The translations under genes and the position numbers were made by a program. From contig CBDETK010000013.1 of the NCBI GenBank assembly GCA_965242865.1, positions 1,120,001 through 1,184,000 on the forward strand: a DNA stretch of 64,000 nucleotides, written 5' to 3'. Below are positions 16,574-26,515 of the stretch, piece after piece (within the stretch, counting starts at the first letter, position 1; each line of letters starts with the position of its first letter). The stretch comes from Candidatus Latescibacterota bacterium. Its GTDB lineage: Bacteria > Latescibacterota > UBA2968 > UBA8231. Under the pieces are notes generated by a model, which was not told the DNA's origin, made no database searches, and saw only the letters and a list, made by a program, of their open reading frames with translations.

Positions 16574-18241
16574 TCAAACGACGTTGGTTGCGGCTACAGC
16601 GGAGGCGTCGTGATGTTTCCTTTTATCGACGAGGTGTTGCTCCAATTGGTCAATCAGCCCCATCAGTTCATCGACTTTGGCGACGATGCGGTGCTGTTCG
16701 GCAGTCGGCGGGAGTGGCACAGGCGCACGAAGGAGGTCGGTATCATTGATGGCGGGATACGCGACCCCTTTCATTTGGGCCGTGACGAAATCGACAAAAA
16801 ATGGAGCGCGGAGATAGAAGAACAAGAGACGGCTATGCACCCCAGAGTGCGGATGTAAAACGGCGAATGCCGTGGAGGCAATCGGCGTTGGAGAGTATTC
16901 GCAATCAACTACGGCGATGTTGAGTAGATATGGACGAACAGTAGAGTAGATGACCGATTCAAGACGAACCAACTTTCGGGCACGGGAAGGAGCCTCGCTG
17001 GGGTCGAGAATAGGAACTGCGCTGATGATTGCACCGCGTTTGTTGTCAATCGCGCTTACGTCAATGTACGAGAACGTTTTATCAGGCACCTTCTGGCCGA
17101 GATCGTGCGCCAGATCGTGGAGCCGCACCCAAGTCCAAGACCGGGGAATCTCAAAAGGAATCTCGGCGGACATAAGAGGGCCATAGGACTTGCGCTTTCG
17201 CACCTTCTTCTTTTTAACCAGTTCCGCCTTCTCAGCAACGATCAATTCGAGCAATCGGCCCGCTGGTTCGTCCCCCGAATCCTGCTCCACCAACCGCCCC
17301 CGTACCGCAAGCTGAAGCACGGCCTCGCGCAACGGCACCAGATCGGCCGGATCCGTGAACAAGTCGTCCATCCGCTCGGCAATGCACATCCATGCAGCCG
17401 AGACCTCTTTGGGGGTAGCAGCATTCCGAAGCGTGGCGAGTGCTGAGTCTCGGCCGGCGATGCGGGCGGCCTCGCGGCTACTCCGCGCAGCCTCCAGCCG
17501 GTCAATTAAACCCATCAATTCATCGACTTTGGCGACGATGCGGTGTTGTTCTGCTTCAGGCGGCAACGGAAATAGTGCTTGGCGAGCCTTGTCCGTTCCC
17601 AGTCGCGGCAGGTTCATGCCGTGTGTTGAGGAGTTGGCATACTGCACAAAGTACGGTGACTTCAATACAAGTCGAATGAATTGTGGAGTGAGACCGACGA
17701 ATCCTCTTATTGGCATTATCTCAGAAGTACATACACCATCTTCATTGGCGATAATTACCTTGTCGAGATACGGACGTAGCTTTCCGTATAAGACATCGCC
17801 TTTGTAGAAGCGATTTTTGGCACTCTTGAAGGGTCTCATTCCATAGCGCACCCGGTTAAGAAGCCGAGAAGACACCTTCTCTATATCTTCAAGTTCAAGT
17901 ACCCAGGTCTCTTTACTGACTTCGCTAGGCTCGGCTTTCTTGGTCGTCCCGTAACTAGTGATCTCCCCCAAGTGCGTCCATTCCCAACTGACGGGGATTC
18001 CAAAAGGAAACTCGGCGTCTTTTATCGTCGGTAGCGGTTTCCTCGTTCTGATCTGATGACTTCGACGCGCTTTTTCATCCGCAATGCGTTCCAGAAGCAC
18101 CGAGGCCGATTCGTCCCCCGCATCCTGCGGCACCAGCCTCCCCCGCACCGCAAGCTGAAGCACCAACGCCCGCAGCCGCTCAACCCCTCCCGGCGCCTCG
18201 GCGATCACATCAAACGCGGCGATGAACTCCCCCGGCGTCAT
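16574..18241 (-). CDS. hsdS: Type I R-M specificity subunit
   Basis: Duplicated LQLAVRGRLV.QD, PF.IP.SW.W and PLPP.AEQHRIVAKVDELM conserved regions around two TRDs. Confidence 0.93.
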   Translation of the reverse strand: MTPGEFIAAFDVIAEAPGGVERLRALVLQLAVRGRLVPQDAGDESASVLLERIADEKARRSHQIRTRKPLPTIKDAEFPFGIPVSWEWTHLGEITSYGTTKKAEPSEVSKETWVLELEDIEKVSSRLLNRVRYGMRPFKSAKNRFYKGDVLYGKLRPYLDKVIIANEDGVCTSEIMPIRGFVGLTPQFIRLVLKSPYFVQYANSSTHGMNLPRLGTDKARQALFPLPPEAEQHRIVAKVDELMGLIDRLEAARSSREAARIAGRDSALATLRNAATPKEVSAAWMCIAERMDDLFTDPADLVPLREAVLQLAVRGRLVEQDSGDEPAGRLLELIVAEKAELVKKKKVRKRKSYGPLMSAEIPFEIPRSWTWVRLHDLAHDLGQKVPDKTFSYIDVSAIDNKRGAIISAVPILDPSEAPSRARKLVRLESVIYSTVRPYLLNIAVVDCEYSPTPIASTAFAVLHPHSGVHSRLLFFYLRAPFFVDFVTAQMKGVAYPAINDTDLLRAPVPLPPTAEQHRIVAKVDELMGLIDQLEQHLVDKRKHHDASAVAATNVV

Positions 18242-19746
18242 GCCGTCCGCTCCAATGCCTCGGCCAACGCCCGCTTTAGCTGCGCCCGCACGTTTGCCGC
18301 GGCAGCCCGTTCCTTCTCGTACAAGGCCAGCAATTCATTTGGGTCGCCGTGACCAGCCTCCGCCGCATTGGGGTTGGCGATGTCGAGGTTGAAGCCGCGC
18401 TCCCTGATTGCGTCGATGCCGACCTTCCAAGCGAACTCGTTTTCAGCCCGATAGTTCCACCACGCCTTCTCCGGTGCAAACTCCTCAATCCGCATCGGCT
18501 TGGTCTTGGAATAGGACTTGTAGCCCTCCGGGTAGGGATGCTCGTAGTACCACACCTCAGTAGTCGGCCTGCCCTTCTCAAAGAACAGCACATTGGTCTT
18601 GATCCCGGTGTACGGCGCGAACACCCCGTTGGGCAAGCGCACGATGGTGTGCAACTCGCACTCGGCGAGCAGTCGCTCTTTCAGGCGCGTTTTCACCCCC
18701 TCGCCAAACAAGGTGCCGTCCGGCAGCACCACCGCAGCCCGGCCCCCGGGCTTGAGCAACTCGACGATCAGCACCAAAAACAAGTCCGCGGTCTCCCGCG
18801 TGCGGAACTCGGCCGGGAAGTTGCGCTCAATGCCGTCCTCCTCCATGCCGCCAAACGGCGGATTGGTGAGCACCACATCGACCCGGTCGCCCATGCCGAT
18901 GTCGCGCAGGGGCCGGGCGAGGGTGTTGTCGTGCCGAATGCCCGTCGGCACGTCGAGGCCGTGGACGATCATGTTGGTGACACACAGCAGATGCGGCAGC
19001 GGCTTCTTCTCGACCCCTTGCATGCTCGCCTGAAGCTGCGCCTCTTGCGCTGGCGTCTTCACGTCCTGCCGCCGAATGTGCTCAATGGCGCACGTCAAAA
19101 AGCCGCCGGTGCCGCAGGCCGGGTCGAGGACCGATTCCCCGAGGCGAGGATTGAGCATGTCAACCGCGAATTGCGTCACCGCTCGTGGCGTGTAGTATTC
19201 GCCAGCATTGCCGGCACTCTGGAGGTCTTTGAGCAGTTGCTCGTAGATGTTGCCGAACAAGTGCCGGTTGGTGGCGTCGTTGAAATCAATGTCGGCCTCG
19301 ATCTTGTTGACCACCTGCCGCAGCAGGATGCCGGACTTCATGTACTGGTAAGCGTCCTCAAAAACGCCGCGCACCAAGCGACAGCGGCTCATCCGCACAT
19401 CCTCTTCCGCACTCGGCGGCTCAACCTCCATGCCCTTGAGCGCGGGAAACAGCGTTTCGTTGACAAAGGCGAGCAGCCTATCGCCGGTGGCCCCTTCCCG
19501 ATCCGCAGCCCACGCGCTCCAGCGCAAGTCCGCAGCGGTGCGAGTCTCGCCTTCCTCCATCCAAGTTACGTCAACCAACGGAGACGCGAAGCCCTCTTCG
19601 AGCAGTTCCAATTCCTGCTCGCGGTCGTTCCATATCTTGAGGAACAGCAGCCAGACGAGCTGACCAATGCGCTGGGCATCGCCATCGACGCCCACGTCCT
19701 TGCGCATGATGTCTTGAATGGACTTGATGGTGGTAGATAGAGACAC
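18238..19746 (-). CDS. hsdM: Type I R-M N6-adenine methyltransferase
   Basis: GEYYTPR, DPACGTGGF, NPPFGG. Confidence 0.95.
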   Translation of the reverse strand: MSLSTTIKSIQDIMRKDVGVDGDAQRIGQLVWLLFLKIWNDREQELELLEEGFASPLVDVTWMEEGETRTAADLRWSAWAADREGATGDRLLAFVNETLFPALKGMEVEPPSAEEDVRMSRCRLVRGVFEDAYQYMKSGILLRQVVNKIEADIDFNDATNRHLFGNIYEQLLKDLQSAGNAGEYYTPRAVTQFAVDMLNPRLGESVLDPACGTGGFLTCAIEHIRRQDVKTPAQEAQLQASMQGVEKKPLPHLLCVTNMIVHGLDVPTGIRHDNTLARPLRDIGMGDRVDVVLTNPPFGGMEEDGIERNFPAEFRTRETADLFLVLIVELLKPGGRAAVVLPDGTLFGEGVKTRLKERLLAECELHTIVRLPNGVFAPYTGIKTNVLFFEKGRPTTEVWYYEHPYPEGYKSYSKTKPMRIEEFAPEKAWWNYRAENEFAWKVGIDAIRERGFNLDIANPNAAEAGHGDPNELLALYEKERAAAANVRAQLKRALAEALERTA

Positions 19747-19773
19747 GGCTTAGGATCATCCTTTCGCTATATA

Positions 19774-19892
19774 TATAGCAGTCCTAAATAACTTGAAGGC
19801 ATGAAATGTTGATCGGCACCGTCTTTTTCGCCTATGAAAAGTCATTCCCGCGAACGCGGGAATCCAGTCTTGAATGATGTAGGATTGCTATA
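19774..19892. mobile_element. TA-flanked MITE-like element with internal palindrome
   Basis: TATAGCAGTCCTA...TAGGATTGCTATA terminal inverted repeats in TA runs; contains GTCATTCCCGCGAACGCGGGAATCCAG. Confidence 0.65.
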
Positions 19893-19908
19893 TAAATGAA
19901 CTCAGGCA

Positions 19909-22245
19909 CTAGGCGGCGGTATCGTAAATGGCCGCTGCGAGCTCCTGCACGGCGGCGATGTACTCGTCTCTGCCGCCAAAGTGCCGAACCAACTCCAGCG
20001 GGGTCCCGAGGTCCGACAGCGGCTGCACACGCAGAACGCCCAGATCTTCAACCGAGGCCAGCCCTTCGTCCGCATACTTATCGAGCAGCGCATCGAGCAC
20101 GGCGCGGGCCGGTGCGCCGTAGCGGGTAAATACATCCCGCTTCTTCACGTTCTCAGCCCGCTCGCGCCGAGTGAGCGGGGGCTGGCCATAGACCACGCGG
20201 CAGATCAGGTCAAAGGCGTCCAAGTCTTGGCCGCCCTGCTCGCGCAACTCCTCAAACAGTACGCCCTGCTCGCGCAACTCCTCGAGCACCTCGGCCTTGC
20301 GGTCCGCCTCAGACCAGCGGCGCAAAAAGGCGTCTAAGGTGGCGTACTCTCGCTGCACGGTCTTGCGCGTGTAGTCGGTCAGGGACTCGGTGATGAGCCG
20401 GCCATCGCGGTCGAGATACTGGACGCGCTCGGCCATGACCTCGACCGCAACCCCGCTGACGACGTACCGCGTCGCGCCCTCCACCGCTGGCCCGTCCCTA
20501 TCTCTGCCATCACCCTCATAGCCATCAACGACATCGGACGCAATGGAATCGCCACTGTCAGGCTCATAAACGACGACCGGCTCGCCGTCAAAGTCCGGGT
20601 CGGCAAACAACTCGGTCGCCTTTTTGAAATCCATGATGGTAAACCAAAACTTGCCCGCGTCCTCGTGAATGCGGGTGCCGCGCCCGATGATCTGCTTGAA
20701 CTCAATAAGCGACTCAATGCGCTGGTCGAGCACGATGAGTTTGCAGGTCCTCACATCTACTCCGGTCGTCAACAGCTTCGAGGTCGTGGCAATGACTGGA
20801 TAACGCCGCTCAGGGTGAATGAAGTCGTCGAGCGCGAGCCGCCCCTCGTCGCTGTCGCCGGTGATGCGAACCACGAACTTCGAGACGTTACTCGCTTCCT
20901 GCGGCAGCCGCTTAGCGACCTCGTTGACTAGGGCCGAACGCATCCGCTCGGCATGGTCGATGGTCTCGCAGAAGACGATGGTTTTGCCGTAGGGATCGGT
21001 CGCCAACAGCTGCGCGACGACCTTCTCGGCGACGCGCCGGGTGCGCTCGTTTAGGACCAGCACCCGGTCCATGTCGCGCTGGTTGTAGATGCGATCTTCG
21101 AGCTCTCGACCGAGGTCATCGGTCATGCCCGTCGGGGGCCGCCACCCCTGCAAGTCCTTGTCGAGATCAACGCGCACGACCTTGAACGGCGCGAGAAAAC
21201 CGTCGTCAATGCCCTGCTTGAGACTGTAGGTGTAGATGGGGTCGCCAAAGTAACGGAGCGTACTGACCTCGGCGGTCTCCCTCGGCGTCGCCGTAAGCCC
21301 GAGTTGGACCGCCGGCTCAAAGTAATCGAGGATTTCCCGCCACGCACTCGCCTCGCGGGCACTGCCCCGGTGGCACTCGTCAATGACCACCAAGTCGAAA
21401 AATTCCCGGCTGAACTGCCGGTACACATCCTGCTCCTCCTCGTTGCCGCTGACGGCTTGGTAGAGCGCGATGTAAATCTCGTAACTCGGGTCCAAGTCGC
21501 GGTTGCGGACCTTGGTCATCACCGCGCCAAAAGGCTTGAAGTCGTTGGTGGCGGTCTGGTCCGCGAGGATGTTGCGGTCCACGAGGAACAGCACCCGCTT
21601 GACCTTCCCGGCCTTCCACAGCCGCCATATAATCTGAAAGACGGTGAAGGTCTTGCCCGTGCCGGTCGCCATGACCATCAACACCCGGCGCTGTCCCCGC
21701 GCAATGGCTTCGACCGCCCGCTGAATGGCAACCCGCTGATAGTACCGAAGCTCCTTACCGGCTAAATCTGCGTAGTAAGGCTGCCGGGCGAGCTTATCGG
21801 ATGCTTCGTCGAGTCCCTTCCAAGCCCGGTATCGCCGCCACAACTCGTCCGGCGACGGGAACTCGTCCAGCCCGATTTGCTTTTCTTTGGAGGACGACTG
21901 GCCGGTGCGGTCGTGGAACAGGAAGGCGTCGCCATTGGACGAGAAAACAAACGGCACGTCGAGGGCTGCAGCATAGCCAAGTGCCTGCTGCATCCCACCG
22001 CCGACCGGGTGGCTGTTGTCCTTGGCTTCAACTACGGCGAGCGGAAGGTTTGGCTGGCAGAACAGCAAATAGTCAGCGCGCTTCTTGTTGCCGCGCACGC
22101 CCAGCTTGCCCCGAACAATGACCTGCCCAGCAGTAAAGGTGTACTCGCGGCGGACCTGCGTCCGCTGATCCCACCCGGCCCGGACGATCGCTGGAGTGAT
22201 AAAGGCATCGCATATCTCCGCTTCGTTCAGGAGCTTCTTGTCCAT
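19909..22245 (-). CDS. hsdR: Type I restriction endonuclease subunit R (EcoAI/EcoEI-like)
   Basis: ADY...VEAK, MATGTGKT, DECHRGS, LTATP, QIIGRGTR. Confidence 0.95.
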   Translation of the reverse strand: MDKKLLNEAEICDAFITPAIVRAGWDQRTQVRREYTFTAGQVIVRGKLGVRGNKKRADYLLFCQPNLPLAVVEAKDNSHPVGGGMQQALGYAAALDVPFVFSSNGDAFLFHDRTGQSSSKEKQIGLDEFPSPDELWRRYRAWKGLDEASDKLARQPYYADLAGKELRYYQRVAIQRAVEAIARGQRRVLMVMATGTGKTFTVFQIIWRLWKAGKVKRVLFLVDRNILADQTATNDFKPFGAVMTKVRNRDLDPSYEIYIALYQAVSGNEEEQDVYRQFSREFFDLVVIDECHRGSAREASAWREILDYFEPAVQLGLTATPRETAEVSTLRYFGDPIYTYSLKQGIDDGFLAPFKVVRVDLDKDLQGWRPPTGMTDDLGRELEDRIYNQRDMDRVLVLNERTRRVAEKVVAQLLATDPYGKTIVFCETIDHAERMRSALVNEVAKRLPQEASNVSKFVVRITGDSDEGRLALDDFIHPERRYPVIATTSKLLTTGVDVRTCKLIVLDQRIESLIEFKQIIGRGTRIHEDAGKFWFTIMDFKKATELFADPDFDGEPVVVYEPDSGDSIASDVVDGYEGDGRDRDGPAVEGATRYVVSGVAVEVMAERVQYLDRDGRLITESLTDYTRKTVQREYATLDAFLRRWSEADRKAEVLEELREQGVLFEELREQGGQDLDAFDLICRVVYGQPPLTRRERAENVKKRDVFTRYGAPARAVLDALLDKYADEGLASVEDLGVLRVQPLSDLGTPLELVRHFGGRDEYIAAVQELAAAIYDTAA

Positions 22246-22420
22246 CGCTGGTTATCCAATTGCCCTACCTGTAAGGCCGCGCCGATACAAACTCAGAAGC
22301 TGAAACCCTAATTTGTAAGAACCCTTCCTAAGTTTTCTTTGGCTAGTCTTGCATGACGACTCGTGCCGTCATTTGTATGTTGCCGATTCCTTTTAGGTCG
22401 GCACGGTCTTTTTTATTTAT

Positions 22421-22447
22421 GTCATTCCCGCGAAAGCGGGAATCCAG
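22421..22447. repeat. REP-like palindrome
   Basis: GTCATTCCCGCGAAAGCGGGAATCCAG, same family as 19841 and 52860. Confidence 0.75.
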
Positions 22448-22498
22448 AAAAGGACCAAGCTAAATCAGAGACCGAAAATCTAATTTTAAGAACGCTTC

Positions 22499-23047
22499 TT
22501 AGAATATATCGTCGATCGGCAACGCAAAGCCCCGCAACGTCGGCGACTCCAACGTCTCCCCCTCCCCGTAGATACCTTCGACCGCAAAGCCGCGCTCGCC
22601 CAGCAACAGGACCGTTATGGTTCTTGCGTCCGTATCCACTATCCAGTACTCCCCCACCCCGTGCTCGGCATACAGCGCATATTTGAACGTCTTGTCGCGT
22701 TCTGCCGTTGAGGGCGACAGGATTTCGACGACCAAGTCCGGCGCACCCTGAAGGTTCGCCGGCGTGATGATGGAGGCGCGTCCATGGGAGACGAAGATCA
22801 GATCGGGCTGCACCACATCCCAGTCCGACAGCACCACGTCAAAGGGCGCGGGATACACCTCACCCAAGCGATTCTCATCCACAAATCGAAACAGTTTCGC
22901 TCCGAGCCGCATGGAAACTCTTTGGTGAGGCTCTCCCGGTGCAGGGGTCATAACTAACGCTCCATCCAGAAGCTCGTACCGCTCGTCTTCCGGCGTATTC
23001 AGGTAATCTTCGTACGTAAACTTGATTACAGGATTGGGAAGGCTCAT
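22499..23047 (-). CDS. Uma2 family endonuclease, copy 1
   Basis: RYELLDG, VVQPD, GAPDLVVEILSPST...DK...Y...GV.EYWIVD. Confidence 0.92.
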   Translation of the reverse strand: MSLPNPVIKFTYEDYLNTPEDERYELLDGALVMTPAPGEPHQRVSMRLGAKLFRFVDENRLGEVYPAPFDVVLSDWDVVQPDLIFVSHGRASIITPANLQGAPDLVVEILSPSTAERDKTFKYALYAEHGVGEYWIVDTDARTITVLLLGERGFAVEGIYGEGETLESPTLRGFALPIDDIF

Positions 23048-23101
23048 GGTTGCTGTCCTCTCTTCAAACGACGTTGGTTGCAGCGGCAAAGGCCCCGTGA
23101 T

Positions 23102-23650
23102 TTAGAATATATCGTCGATCGGCAACGCAAAGCCCCGCAACGTCGGCGACTCCAACGTCTCTCCCTCTCCGTAGATACCTTCAACCGCAAAGCCGCGCTC
23201 GCCCAGCAACAGGACCGTTATGGTCTTTGCGTCCGTATCCACTATCCAGTACTCCCCCACGCCGTGCTCGGCATACAGCGCATACTTGAACGTCTTGTCG
23301 CGTTCCGCCGTTGAGGGCGACAGGATTTCGACGACCAAGTCCGGCGCACCCTGAATGTTCGCCGGCGTGATGATGGAGGCGCGGGCATTGGAGACGAAGA
23401 TCAGATCGGGCTGCACCACGTCAAAGTTCGACAGCACCACGTCAAAGGGCGCGGGATACACCTCTCCCAAGCGATTCTCAGCCACGAATTGAAGCAGTTT
23501 CCATCCGAGCCAGATGGAAACGCTCTGGTGACGTTCGCCCGGTGCAGGGATCATAACCAACGCTCCATCCAGCAACTCGTACCGCTCGTCTTCCGGCGTA
23601 TTCAGGTAATCTTGATAAGTAAACTTGATTGCGGGATTAAGAAGGCTCAT
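23102..23650 (-). CDS. Uma2 family endonuclease, copy 2 (tandem duplicate)
   Basis: Same motifs; near-identical to copy 1 including the upstream leader. Confidence 0.92.
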   Translation of the reverse strand: MSLLNPAIKFTYQDYLNTPEDERYELLDGALVMIPAPGERHQSVSIWLGWKLLQFVAENRLGEVYPAPFDVVLSNFDVVQPDLIFVSNARASIITPANIQGAPDLVVEILSPSTAERDKTFKYALYAEHGVGEYWIVDTDAKTITVLLLGERGFAVEGIYGEGETLESPTLRGFALPIDDIF

Positions 23651-23678
23651 GGTTGCTGTCCTCTCTGGTGATGGATGC

Positions 23679-24575
23679 TCAGAACTGGTACTTCAGGCTG
23701 AGGTTCGCTCCCCAGAAGTGGGTGTCGTCCATCGTCACGATATATAAAACCGGTTCGCCCCGGCCGACCGTAGATTCATGGCTGCGGAGTTGGTTCCACT
23801 CCATTTCTTCGCTCTCGAACTCTTCAAACCCATCCACCCAGCGCACCCCCACGTCCAGCGCGACTCGGTCGCCGAGCGGACAGTTCACCCCGGCCAACAC
23901 CTGATAGCCAACGATCCGGTCGCGCAGCCGCGCCGCGCCGATGGTGGTCGAACCCGCGACTTTCGCTTTCAGGATCTCGTCTTCAAACGTCTTGATCCGG
24001 GCGGGATCGTCGTTCCGCTTCCAATGCGTGAAGTAGTAGATCGACGCGCTCGTCAACCCGGCTCCAGCCCCCACGTAAGGCGCGAAGGACGACCCCACAG
24101 CAAAGTCGTAATACAGGTTGGCGAAAACGTTGTGCGCCTGCAGGTCGTCGAGGCCGCCGACGGCCAACTCAATCTCCTGCTCCTGTTTTTCGAGGGTTAC
24201 GTCGTCGCCGATGTTTACGTCGGTTAGATGGTCATAGATCGTGGTTCGATGGAAGTACTCGCCCTCGATTCTGAGCGGCCCCCAAGCATATCCGAGGGCG
24301 AGCCCCGAGCGAATACCCGTGCCGCCGCCGAGGGCCTGCGTCCACGCCGATGGCCCCGGCACCGTATCGCATTCGTTGGTGACCTCCAACCCGTCTGGGT
24401 TGATGATCCGGTCGCACTTGGTGCTCCAGTCGTTGTCGTGGCCTGCTATGTCCATGTCCGGGGCCACGGCCACGCCCCAATCCATCTTGAGGTACAGTCC
24501 GTCCTCCGCTAAGACTGGGCCGAAGAAACCCAACAAAGCGGTCGAGACCATCCACGATAAAATGCTCTTAGACAT
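23679..24575 (-). CDS. Outer-membrane beta-barrel protein (Opa/OmpA-like)
   Basis: Signal peptide; LGY...RIEGEY, ANLYYDF...PYVGAGAG, YQVLAGV, terminal LKYQF. Confidence 0.8.
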   Translation of the reverse strand: MSKSILSWMVSTALLGFFGPVLAEDGLYLKMDWGVAVAPDMDIAGHDNDWSTKCDRIINPDGLEVTNECDTVPGPSAWTQALGGGTGIRSGLALGYAWGPLRIEGEYFHRTTIYDHLTDVNIGDDVTLEKQEQEIELAVGGLDDLQAHNVFANLYYDFAVGSSFAPYVGAGAGLTSASIYYFTHWKRNDDPARIKTFEDEILKAKVAGSTTIGAARLRDRIVGYQVLAGVNCPLGDRVALDVGVRWVDGFEEFESEEMEWNQLRSHESTVGRGEPVLYIVTMDDTHFWGANLSLKYQF

Positions 24576-24658
24576 CGCGCTTCCTTTCGTATAAGGATGA
24601 GAGATTTGAGGTGCCTCGTGGGGAAAAAGGCCCAAATAAACGGCACCGTAAAAATTAC

Positions 24659-25446
24659 TTATTGGGTATCCAGCGATTGAACATACGCTCCTAAACTCGC
24701 CAACTCTTCATTTGTAATGTCCTCGTCGGCCAAGCGAGGCATGTTGGTCCCCGGCTGGCCAAAGCGGACTTTGTGCTGAAACTCCCACGGATTCTCATTG
24801 GCAAGTATTTGCGGGAATTCATCGTAATCGGGCGAGGCCCCCGGCTGCCCCGGTATGGCATCAGACGGCTTCGTCCATCCGTCTGCGCCGTGACAGGATG
24901 CACACGCCTGATCGTATTGCATCTCGCCCCCTTCGCCACTGCTCGTAAACGCGCCCTCTGGATCGATGATCCGCTCGGTATCAATCGCGCCTTCAAGGAC
25001 GAACTTGGTTAGGTCCCAAAGCGCGGCATCACTCAAGCCGAGCGAGCCAAACGCATGATCGTCTTTGAGCAGGTCAAAACAAAAATCGCTTGCGGTGATT
25101 TAGTGGCTTCCAAGATGCCGGGAAATCCGGTCCGGTGACTGCCCGCGCCGTACAGCCCACTCACCCCTTTGTAATCCCAGCCGTGGCATTCCTTGCACCG
25201 ATGGGTGTCAGCACCTGTGCGGTCGTTAGACGTTTGATCGGGGCGTTGTGCCCACAGTGGGTGATCTTTGCTCGGTTCGCCGACGCCTGCAACCACCCAC
25301 CACTTATCGTACATTGCACCGCCATCTACGAGGTTGGCCTGGGTAAACTCCTTTGGCTGTGTAGATTCATTAGGCGAACTGGAACAGCCAATCGCCACGA
25401 GCGGCGCGATAAAGAAGATTGCAACCTTCATGATTCTGAACCTCAT
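24659..25446 (-). pseudogene. Diheme cytochrome c lipoprotein split by frameshift
   Basis: CKECH in ORF 25033-25446 and CASCH in ORF 24659-25036; removing the 5-bp duplication CAAAA at 25075-25084 restores a single 260-aa frame. Confidence 0.82.
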
Positions 25447-25532
25447 TTAATAGGGAAATAGGGACAAAATACTCGGGCCGGGCCGCGTCAAAGTACGGGC
25501 TCCACTGTCTCGGCCCAAATTAAAGAGAAGAT

Positions 25533-25903
25533 ATAGTTGCGGCAATCCCCAGTACGGGCCGAGCACCACCGGGCGCCGGGGGTGGCCGGGCTTTGGGGCC
25601 ATAGGCGAGCCGGGGCCGCTGGGCGATTCGTGGAAGCTGTTCCACGAGCCCGTCGCGCTGGCCGAGGAGCTGGTCGCGCTGGGTTATAGCGGGTTAAAGG
25701 TCTGGCCGTTTGACCAAGCGGCCCGCGAGTACGGGCCGGCGCACATTCCGCACCGCGCTATTGAGGCCGGCGTCCAGCCCTTGTGTGCGATTCGCGACAA
25801 AGACGGATACGTGAGCCTACCCCAAGGCAGCGGCTTGGGGGTCCGGCTAAATCCCGATTTGTTCAAGCCGGGACGACCGGGCTATCGGATTTCGAAGCGT
25901 TGA
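25533..25903 (+). pseudogene. Remnant of a mandelate racemase/muconate lactonising family gene
   Basis: Start-less frame ...LAEELVALGYSGLKVWPFD...AIRD joined directly to the C-terminal KDGYVSLPQGSGLGV. Confidence 0.7.
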
Positions 25904-25909
25904 GGGGCG

Positions 25910-26515
25910 TTAGGGTTTGGGTAGCGAGGAAGCAGAGGGGTGTGCGAGGATGCGGATTTCGCGCACAAACTTGTCGAATGAAGGGGCCTGCTGCGCTTTC
26001 TTCAAATCAATCTTGCTCGCAAATGCCGCTTGGTCAATGGTCTCGCGATACGTCGAACCCGTAGGCATATTGCTCGAGAGCCAACCTTTCGCGTCTCGAA
26101 TGCGTTCGGCATTTGCGGGTGCTACGAGGCGGTCGGAAAGCCCCCTATAGCCGGCCAGCGAATCGGCGGCCGCAACAAACCACGACTCAAACTCGCTTTT
26201 TGCAACGACGACCGAGATGCGTCTATCAGAGCGGCTTTCGGCGGCCCGGGTCGCCATAGCAGGAGCCAATTCCGCCGGACAGTCGTCGTCGGCATCGACC
26301 AGCACGACAATCCCGTCTGTCGCGGAGATGCGTCTCGCCGCTAAATTGACGGCTCTTTCCAACTCGCCCGGCTTGAGCAGTTTGCCCTTTGGTACGCGAA
26401 TGGGACGCTCTATCCCAACGTCATAGCACTGCAATTGCTCGTGCAAAACCCGGCGCAATAGAACCCGCATTGCTGCGACATCGCCGTAGCCTTCTACTAT
26501 GGCGATAAATTTCAC
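25910..26515 (-). CDS. DUF4276 family (TOPRIM-like) protein
   Basis: IVEGYGD, LVDADDDC, EFESWF, Y.ETIDQ, PSF.KF; coupled to the ATPase. Confidence 0.82.
   Translation of the reverse strand: MKFIAIVEGYGDVAAMRVLLRRVLHEQLQCYDVGIERPIRVPKGKLLKPGELERAVNLAARRISATDGIVVLVDADDDCPAELAPAMATRAAESRSDRRISVVVAKSEFESWFVAAADSLAGYRGLSDRLVAPANAERIRDAKGWLSSNMPTGSTYRETIDQAAFASKIDLKKAQQAPSFDKFVREIRILAHPSASSLPKP

Noticed and set aside
18349-19740. 463-aa ORF antisense to hsdM, and similar long antisense ORFs (238-1233, 39046-40017, 43084-44067, 45740-46951, 48796-49788, 59682-60680, 63023-63808)
   Set aside because: Shadow frames of well-supported genes in high-GC DNA, with no recognisable motifs
4400-22300. Intact prophage, ICE or integron carrying the defence island
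   Set aside because: No integrase, transposase, tRNA attachment site or attC array recognised
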